From Oligoflexus sp. (lineage in GTDB: Bacteria; Bdellovibrionota_B; Oligoflexia; Oligoflexales; Oligoflexaceae): DNA of 32,438 nt. This document shows positions 26,145-32,438 of this stretch, in pieces. The position numbers and the translations under genes are program-made. Location of the stretch: positions 1 through 32,438 of the forward strand of contig JBGSTX010000387.1 of assembly GCA_041736305.1 (NCBI GenBank), in the 5' to 3' direction. Each line of letters opens with the position of its first letter. Position 1 is the first letter of the stretch. The notes under the pieces are model-generated. The model was given only the letters and a program-made list of their open reading frames with translations, did no database searches and had not been told where the DNA came from.

Positions 26145-28397
26145 ATGCAACTGATGGAATCCTCTGAGCTTGAAGTCCTGCAGGGAGAGCTTCAAAAAAT
26201 ATCCTATCAAAACGCGGATAACGGTTGGACCGTCGCGCGCATGCGCTGTGACGAGAAAGAATTGCCAATAACCGTCGTCGGCCACTTCGGACCTATATCT
26301 ATCGGTGAATATTATGAAATGCATGGCGCATGGGTCCAAAATCAGAAATATGGCCGTCAATTCAAAGCACACCATTGGTCACAGGTCTATCCCCATAGCC
26401 TGGCGGGCATCCTCCGCTACCTCAAATCGGGCCTCATCAAGGGAATTGGTGAGAAAACGGCAACTCGAATCATCAATCATTTCGGGCTAAAAACGCTCGA
26501 AATCCTCGATCAGGAGCCAGCTCGACTTTTAGAGATCCCTAAAATCGGCAAGAAGAAAAAGCAGGAAATCGTCCAGGCCTGGAACGAAAGAAAGCGCTTT
26601 CGTGATACCGAAATTTTTCTGAGCGGCCTTGGGGTCTCGCCACCTTTTATCTCAAAAATTATCAAAATATACGGAGAGCGAGCCTCGGCGCTTATTCAGG
26701 AAGACCCCTTTCGCTTAGCGCGCGATATCGCCGGCATTGGTTTTCTAACTGCAGATCGCATCGCCCAAGAGCTTGGAATTGCTGCTGATTCCCCGCTTCG
26801 TCTCCGGGCAGCTCTCAGCTTCCAGCTCGAGCTCGCGGAGGAGCAGGGTCATTGCTACCAGACCCGCGATCAGCTGCGAGATGCACTCGTCCAGCTTCTC
26901 CGAGTGCCCTTGGAAGGTTTGGAGCCTCTGCTCGAAGAGGCCCTCATTGATCTGACGGATCGGGCCCAGATAGTCTTCGACGAAGCGCGAGGAGAAGCGG
27001 GGCAGGTTTTAGAAATTTACTATGCAGCACGAACCTTTGCCGCCGAAGATGCCGTAGCTGACCGCGTAGGGGCTTTGCTTCGGGCCCCCTTCCAGGCCGA
27101 GCCGGAAGAGAGGATTATTCGCTATTTGCAGCACTATGCGGCGATCTCGGGACAGCCTTTTTCCAAAGCCCAGCTCGATGCAGTGCAGAAAGCAGTAAGC
27201 CATCGCATTTTCGTCCTTACCGGAGGCCCAGGAGTCGGTAAGACAACCACTGCAAATGCTATTATTCGACTGCTTCTTAAGATGCAGAAATCGGTAGCCC
27301 TAGCTGCCCCGACAGGACGGGCTGCCCAGCGCCTTTCAGAAGTTGCCGCGATTGGAGCGAAGACTATCCACCGCCTTTTGGAATGGTCCGCGACTGAACA
27401 TAGTTTCATGCGCGACGAGCAGACCCCACTCGATGCACAGGTTATTATTATCGACGAGGCCTCGATGCTCGATGTGCATCTGGCGGCTGCCCTCTTTCGA
27501 GCCCTGCCCTCCGAGGCCCAGTTGATTCTTATTGGCGACGTAGACCAGCTGCCATCGGTAGGTCCTGGCAATGTTCTGCGCGATCTCATTGAATCCGGAG
27601 TGGTTCCCTATACCAAGCTCAATCAAATCTTTCGTCAAAGTTCGGGCTCTTCCATCGTCCAGATCGCACACGAGATTAATCGCGGCGAAGTTCCCTCTTT
27701 TGCTGAGGCAGGTCTCACCGACTGCCAATTCATAACGATCGAGGATCCCGGCTCGATTAAAGAAGTTATCAAGGAGTTGGTTCATAAGACCTTGCCTGAA
27801 AGAGGTTCTTACGACGCGCTGCGCGATATTCAAGTCCTGACCCCGATGAATAAGGGCCCGCTCGGAACCCATACACTCAATCAGGAACTGCAAGCCCTTC
27901 TAAACCCTGACGTGAAGGCCGAGGCTGGCGAACGCCTGGCCAGCGATACCATCACTTTGCGAGCTGGCGACAAGGTTATTCAAACCGTCAATAATTATGA
28001 ACTCAACGTCTTCAACGGAGACATCGGCTTTGTCGAACTTGCCGGCTTCGATGGAGGTCAGGTTCTGGTAAATTTTGGCGATCGCAAGGTCAGCTATCCT
28101 AAAGAGGAGGCCTACGATCTCAAGCTAGCCTACGCTATCACGATCCATAAGGCCCAGGGCAGCGAGTTTCCTGTGGTCATTATCCCTATCTCAATGCAGC
28201 ACTTCATCATGCTTCAGCGCAATCTTCTCTATACCGCACTCACGCGGGCGAAGCGGCTGGCGATTCTGGTGGGCACTCAGTCGGCCATGGCTCAAGCCAT
28301 CAAAACGCAAACCAGCCTCAAGCGTCAAACTCATCTCATCTACCGGCTTAAGCCCTCTGGGCGGTCGGACCAAGCAGCCTATTCAAGGAGCCATTGA
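26145..28397 (+). CDS. recD2: ATP-dependent RecD2-like SF1B DNA helicase
   Basis: N-terminal ...KYGRQF and HhH motifs (IKGIGEKTA, IAGIGFLTAD), GGPGVGKTT, APTGRAA, IIDEASM, GDVDQLPSVGPG, LAYAITIHKAQGSEF, RNLLYTALTRAK; 750 aa. Confidence 0.95.
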   Translation: MQLMESSELEVLQGELQKISYQNADNGWTVARMRCDEKELPITVVGHFGPISIGEYYEMHGAWVQNQKYGRQFKAHHWSQVYPHSLAGILRYLKSGLIKGIGEKTATRIINHFGLKTLEILDQEPARLLEIPKIGKKKKQEIVQAWNERKRFRDTEIFLSGLGVSPPFISKIIKIYGERASALIQEDPFRLARDIAGIGFLTADRIAQELGIAADSPLRLRAALSFQLELAEEQGHCYQTRDQLRDALVQLLRVPLEGLEPLLEEALIDLTDRAQIVFDEARGEAGQVLEIYYAARTFAAEDAVADRVGALLRAPFQAEPEERIIRYLQHYAAISGQPFSKAQLDAVQKAVSHRIFVLTGGPGVGKTTTANAIIRLLLKMQKSVALAAPTGRAAQRLSEVAAIGAKTIHRLLEWSATEHSFMRDEQTPLDAQVIIIDEASMLDVHLAAALFRALPSEAQLILIGDVDQLPSVGPGNVLRDLIESGVVPYTKLNQIFRQSSGSSIVQIAHEINRGEVPSFAEAGLTDCQFITIEDPGSIKEVIKELVHKTLPERGSYDALRDIQVLTPMNKGPLGTHTLNQELQALLNPDVKAEAGERLASDTITLRAGDKVIQTVNNYELNVFNGDIGFVELAGFDGGQVLVNFGDRKVSYPKEEAYDLKLAYAITIHKAQGSEFPVVIIPISMQHFIMLQRNLLYTALTRAKRLAILVGTQSAMAQAIKTQTSLKRQTHLIYRLKPSGRSDQAAYSRSH

Positions 28398-28400
28398 ATC

Positions 28401-30047
28401 GTGGAAGACCGTTCTCGCCCTTACTTTCGGTGGATTCTAGCGTTTTTCATCAGTCTCACTCTAGCTCGCCTTATAAGCGCTAGTCTAATGCCACCACTTC
28501 AGGACGAGGCCTATTACTTCCGTTGGGCGTCTTTCCTAGACTTCGGTTATTTTGATCACCCGCCTTTGGTCGCTTGGCTAGCTGCACCCCTCCAGCTATG
28601 GCCGAGTAACCCCTTGGCAGCTCGCGCTGGGACGCTGTTTTTGAGTCTCTTGGGCTTGCCACTTCTCGCTCTTCTCTTTCGTGAGCTCGGCATCAAGGGG
28701 CCGAGGATGCTCTTGATTGCTCTCGTGTTAGCAAGTGCGAATTTAGGCGGTATTTTACTTGGCTATGTAACCACACCAGATATTCCTTTGCTCTTCTGCT
28801 GGATAGCGGCTCTGCACGAGGCCGCTGTGGCGCTCAAACGAGATCCTCGGCGTTGGCTCAGCGCTGGCTTCGCAACGGGCTTAGGAATTATGGGCAAGTA
28901 TACGATGCTCTTGATGGGGCCGGTTTTTCTTCTTGCGCTGCTCGCCGAGCCGCGGCGCTTACGTGAGAAATGGCCTTATCTGGGTGGCCTCGTCTGTCTG
29001 CTGACCCTCTTGCCTCACCTCTACTGGCTTTCTCAGAACGATTGGATCACGCTACGCTTTCAATTCGGTCGTGGCTTGAAGAGCGAGTATGGCGTCCATA
29101 TGCAGCTCGGCACAGACCTGCCGCGGGCGATTGCTCCGAAGCTCGAGGGTCCCGAAGCCGCCATGGCCTCCTATTTTGTTATCCCGGATAAAGAAATTAA
29201 AAAACCGAAGCCAAAGCCTACCCGCCTACAAAGGTACTGGAAAAATACCCACAGTTACATCAGCGGGCAGATTGGTCTCTGGGGGTTTTTAACTGTACCC
29301 TTAATTTATGCTGCCTGGATCCTCCGCAAGCGCCGTGGATCTAGTGTGGACCTTGATGAGATTCCCACACCTTGGCCCAACCCGAGTGTTAGAATGCTGA
29401 GCTGGGCTGCGGCGCTCGTGCCTCTGCTTCTGTTTGCTGTGCTCAGTCCTGTACAGATGGTCGAAGTCAATTGGCCGGCTATGTACTTGATCGGAGCTGC
29501 AGCCCTTTTTGCTAAATCATTGCCGATCTCTCTGGCCGGACTCATGCTAGCTGCAGCTGCAAACATTGTACTCAGCCTTTTACTTACTCTTCATATGAAT
29601 GAGCCCTTGAGTACGAAGAAACCTACTGATGACCGCTTCTTGCGAGAAACATATGGCTATAAAGAGCTTTCGGCTTATCTGGCGACGCTGCCCGAACCCC
29701 TTTTCACCGATACTTATCAGAACCTCTCACAGATACAATTCTACCAACCGCAGCTCTTGCTGCAGCAGTGGCCCGGCATTGCCCGCTCATCAGAGCTCAT
29801 TCGGCGCCCCGCTATGAATCCTTTGAACTGGGATGCATTGAAGTCGAACTCGGGAGGTTTTTTCCTCTTAACTGATAATTTTATCCCTCCAGCGATGCCT
29901 TCAGCTCGGCTTGATGGCATCAGTGAGGTGCTCGACTGTCTCGGCTCCGGCCTCATCATCACGCCCTACGATAAAGATCGCCCTTATGAACGGCGCTGTG
30001 AAAAGCGCGTCCATCGCTGGAGTTTGGCTCACTATACTTTTCTTTAG
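28401..30047 (+). CDS. GT-C membrane glycosyltransferase (ArnT/PMT_2-like)
   Basis: DEAYY..W...LDFGYFDHPPLVAW loop, TPDIP, GKY, many TM helices and a C-terminal soluble domain. GTG start 3 nt after the recD2 stop. Confidence 0.88.
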   Translation: MEDRSRPYFRWILAFFISLTLARLISASLMPPLQDEAYYFRWASFLDFGYFDHPPLVAWLAAPLQLWPSNPLAARAGTLFLSLLGLPLLALLFRELGIKGPRMLLIALVLASANLGGILLGYVTTPDIPLLFCWIAALHEAAVALKRDPRRWLSAGFATGLGIMGKYTMLLMGPVFLLALLAEPRRLREKWPYLGGLVCLLTLLPHLYWLSQNDWITLRFQFGRGLKSEYGVHMQLGTDLPRAIAPKLEGPEAAMASYFVIPDKEIKKPKPKPTRLQRYWKNTHSYISGQIGLWGFLTVPLIYAAWILRKRRGSSVDLDEIPTPWPNPSVRMLSWAAALVPLLLFAVLSPVQMVEVNWPAMYLIGAAALFAKSLPISLAGLMLAAAANIVLSLLLTLHMNEPLSTKKPTDDRFLRETYGYKELSAYLATLPEPLFTDTYQNLSQIQFYQPQLLLQQWPGIARSSELIRRPAMNPLNWDALKSNSGGFFLLTDNFIPPAMPSARLDGISEVLDCLGSGLIITPYDKDRPYERRCEKRVHRWSLAHYTFL

Positions 30048-30991
30048 CTTTTTTCGCTTTTGATGAAACCGGTGTAGATCGGTTGTTGGTAGTTTTCCGC
30101 CAAGGGGGCCGCGAGCTCACCATCGGCCAGGAACTGTCGAATAGAGTAGCGAGAATATCGAATACCGTAGAGCTTTAGAATCTCATAGATGTCGACTATC
30201 ATCGACTCAGCATTGGGATAGCGATTGCCTGGACGATACTTCAAAGCCGTCCGCAGGAAGTCGCGTAGCATAGATTGCATGCGCTTATCTGCAGAGCGCA
30301 CCAAGTTGAAGTCTATATCTTTCATTGACGTCATGATCTCTTCGCGCTTCTTGCTGGCTTTGACCGCCTTCTCACCGCTAATCATTTCGAACAGCAAGAG
30401 CCCGACGCAGTAGAGATCAGACTGGGGAGCGATAGCTGCCTCAACTACGTGCTCAGGTGAATAATAGCCGGGCGTACCCACCATATAGTTTTTGTAGTTC
30501 TCGAGTTCAACATCGCAGGCTAGACCGAAATCGGTGAGGAGCACTTTGCCCGCATTCGAAACCAGAACGTTGGGACTGGAAAGATCTGAGTGTATCGTAT
30601 CGTGCAAATGCAGATAGTCGATACCTTGCAGTATATCAATCGCGACGCAGAGCGATACCAGCGGCGGGAATCTACCAAAATGCCGCATCAACTTATAGAG
30701 AGACCAGCCGTCGATGAATTCGGTAACGATGTAGCAGTTCGGAGGATCAAAGTTCGCATCGATATATTCGACGATGTGCTTGTGTTTGAGACGGGCGACG
30801 ATCAAAAGCTCACGGTGAAATATCCCAAGGAATTTTCGGCTTTCCTGGTACTGGGCATGGAGAATTTTCACGGCTACAGAGCGACCGGTCCGAGGATCAG
30901 TCGAACGGAATACGCGTCCGAGACCCCCGGAACCGACTTCTCCCTCAATTATGTACGGCCCGATTTTGGTAATCGGCTCTGATGCGCCCAT
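30044..30991 (-). CDS. Hanks-type Ser/Thr protein kinase, soluble, non-RD
   Basis: GSGGLGRV, VAVK, alphaC Glu (FHRE), IHSDLSSPN, DFG, GTPGYYSPE, SDLYCVG. No TM segment or sensor domain. Confidence 0.92.
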   Translation of the reverse strand: MGASEPITKIGPYIIEGEVGSGGLGRVFRSTDPRTGRSVAVKILHAQYQESRKFLGIFHRELLIVARLKHKHIVEYIDANFDPPNCYIVTEFIDGWSLYKLMRHFGRFPPLVSLCVAIDILQGIDYLHLHDTIHSDLSSPNVLVSNAGKVLLTDFGLACDVELENYKNYMVGTPGYYSPEHVVEAAIAPQSDLYCVGLLLFEMISGEKAVKASKKREEIMTSMKDIDFNLVRSADKRMQSMLRDFLRTALKYRPGNRYPNAESMIVDIYEILKLYGIRYSRYSIRQFLADGELAAPLAENYQQPIYTGFIKSEKS

Positions 30992-31021
30992 GATAAACTC
31001 CCTTCGGCTTACCCCTGGAAG

Positions 31022-31048
31022 CTATCGGCATTTGCGCGGAAATGTTGA
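31022..31048 (-). promoter_or_regulatory. Putative sigma28 (FliA) promoter for the kinase
   Basis: Minus strand reads TCAA-N15-GCCGATAG, with exact spacing, 30 nt upstream of the ATG. Confidence 0.65.
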
Positions 31049-31084
31049 GGTTTTCTCTCTAAGTAAGGGCTGGAAAACGCTAAA

Positions 31085-31528
31085 TCAGGTCAAAAGACCC
31101 AGACTTTCTGAGTATCTAAAGCCGATCACATCGAGGTGGGAAAGGATGTCGTCATAAAAGAGATCGGCATAATATCCGATAAGTCCGATTACCACTGAGA
31201 AGCCTTCGTAGTTCAGACCAAGATTCAAGACGTCCAGGTTTAGTTCGATGAAGCCCTCTGCATTGACGCTGAGCTTGACGAGAGGGCTGCTATGATTCAG
31301 GTCTAGCAGCCAGCGCGATATCTCGGGCCAGCATTCCCAATCGATTTTAATAGCTATGAATGGCTGGACGCGAAACGAGATCCAAGTCTCATTGAGGCTG
31401 ATGAGCAGAGGAAAGCTACACTCTTCTCCTTCAAAGCCAGACTGCCATTCCTGAGGTCCAGAGGCACGATAGGCCCAACCGTAAGTGGTGAGGTATGCTT
31501 CTAGCATTTGCCCGTTGCATCGCTCCAT
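31085..31528 (-). CDS. YbjN-like protein (type III chaperone-like fold)
   Basis: Small acidic 147-aa protein with LLDLN....VKLSV...G.I.L pattern followed by a C-terminal amphipathic helix; AAGGA SD. Confidence 0.65.
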   Translation of the reverse strand: MERCNGQMLEAYLTTYGWAYRASGPQEWQSGFEGEECSFPLLISLNETWISFRVQPFIAIKIDWECWPEISRWLLDLNHSSPLVKLSVNAEGFIELNLDVLNLGLNYEGFSVVIGLIGYYADLFYDDILSHLDVIGFRYSESLGLLT

Positions 31529-31560
31529 AGCCTAGCTATCCTTTAAAAGATATATTAAGC

Positions 31561-31589
31561 AGGCTAGCGGGGAAAGAACAGCTCGTCAA
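31561..31589 (-). promoter_or_regulatory. Putative sigma70 promoter for the YbjN-like gene
   Basis: Minus strand reads TTGACG-N17-TAGCCT, 32 nt upstream of ATG 31528. Confidence 0.5.
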
Positions 31590-31695
31590 CACAAGCTCGA
31601 ATTAGCCTGCAAAATGGCTAAAATACTCGAACGATAGGAGCTATTTAGCCGGCATCCCCCAGAGGAATTATCTGAATCGAGGAGTATGCCACCCT

Positions 31696-32438
31696 ATGTT
31701 TGGATTATGGGAGAACTCTCATGGCCACTGGTTTTCCAAACTGGAAAGCTGGGGTGTACGCTGTGAGCGTTCGACCCTTAGCATCAACGAAGAACGACTG
31801 GCTTATGCCTATTTCGAAGGGCCACGCGCCAAGGCCTGCATCCTCCTTCTGCATGGAACGGGCAACGATGCGCTCTTCGGGTGGGACCTGTGGATTGAGG
31901 GCTTCCTGCAAGGGGGTTTTGCAGTCCTCGCTATCGACCTCGAGGGTCATGGCGAACACAGCTCGACACAGCTAGATCCCGAGACTTTTACATACAGCTC
32001 CGGGCCTGTGCTTTCGGAACTCTCAGCTCGCGGATGGAATCACGATCGTCTCGTCGTATGTGGATATAGCCTAGGAGCACTCTTTGCTTTGCAAGCTCTA
32101 GCCACCGGGAGTATCCGCGCGAGCCGGCTCATTCTGGTAGCGATGCCTCTTGAGGTTCGGATTTCATGGGCCTTTGTTTGGCGAGAGCTAGCCACAGTCA
32201 GCCGCCCGATTTTTTGGCGCCATCTTCTTACACAGGGCTGGCGTATGACTCTCCCAGCACTCGGCTGCTGGCGACGCCAAACCTTTCCGCTGCGGCTCAG
32301 CAATTTCAATGAGAAAACCTATCCCAAACGCGTTGCGGCCTTGTTTCAGAGGGCATCCCCGATGTCTCTGCTTTCGAGGCTGAGCCTCCCATGCCTCCTC
32401 GTGCACGGCAGCTGGGATGCGCTCGCACCTCCGCTGCC
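31696..32438 (+). CDS. Alpha/beta hydrolase, truncated by the window end (absent from the ORF track)
   Basis: Translated by hand from ATG 31696 (GAGGAG upstream), open to the end: LLLHGTGND, FAVLAIDLEGHG, nucleophile GYSLG, PCLLVHGSWD. Confidence 0.88.
   Translation, partial: MFGLWENSHGHWFSKLESWGVRCERSTLSINEERLAYAYFEGPRAKACILLLHGTGNDALFGWDLWIEGFLQGGFAVLAIDLEGHGEHSSTQLDPETFTYSSGPVLSELSARGWNHDRLVVCGYSLGALFALQALATGSIRASRLILVAMPLEVRISWAFVWRELATVSRPIFWRHLLTQGWRMTLPALGCWRRQTFPLRLSNFNEKTYPKRVAALFQRASPMSLLSRLSLPCLLVHGSWDALAPPL

Noticed and set aside
25845-26375. 176-aa minus-strand ORF spanning the recD2 start and hpf leader
   Set aside because: Antisense to recD2, overlaps hpf out of frame and has no recognisable motifs; a shadow ORF.
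31686-31975. Short ORFs at 31686 (26 aa), 31700..31975 and 31705..31959
   Set aside because: Alternative frames over the alpha/beta hydrolase starting at 31696, which carries the catalytic motifs.
31696-32438. Alpha/beta hydrolase as the missing BioH
   Set aside because: It is 16 kb from the bio operon and has HGTG/GYSLG rather than BioH-type HGWG/GWSLG; nothing links it to biotin.
1-32438. CRISPR arrays, tRNA/rRNA, IS elements, prophage or defence islands; the many other 60-225 aa antisense ORFs
   Set aside because: No repeat-spacer periodicity, cloverleaf, transposase/integrase or phage motifs were seen by eye. The antisense ORFs overlap well-supported genes and lack motifs.

Overview
This is a 32.4 kb bacterial chromosomal window of moderate GC, gene-dense and mostly housekeeping. 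Gene style (short TolA, orphan beta-barrel/lipoprotein genes, sigma28- and sigma54-like promoters) suggests Bdellovibrionota/Oligoflexia; that is inference only. Gene order: purD-tsaC-maf, a Lys-rich single-pass membrane protein, a lipoprotein plus putative beta-barrel pair behind a sigma54-like promoter, EcsC-family gene, tolQRAB followed by a hexapeptide-repeat acyltransferase instead of pal, bioB-bioF-bioD/bioA (fused), a very acidic 101-aa protein, a putative OMP, EVE protein, polA-tatC-OMP, an M16B peptidase pair, a triple zinc-finger protein, hpf, recD2, a GT-C glycosyltransferase, a non-RD Ser/Thr kinase, a YbjN-like protein and a truncated alpha/beta hydrolase missing from the ORF track. 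I found no rRNA, tRNA, CRISPR array or mobile element. The most interesting signals are: (1) a protein with three fingers that keep classical C2H2 spacing but use C4/C3H ligands; (2) sigma28-like promoters in front of three non-flagellar genes (zinc-finger protein, hpf, kinase); (3) a structured, GGA-rich hpf leader with a possible uORF and an upstream 21-bp palindrome; (4) a BioD-BioA fusion of the plant/fungal type. All family assignments come from reading motifs by eye; no database search was run.
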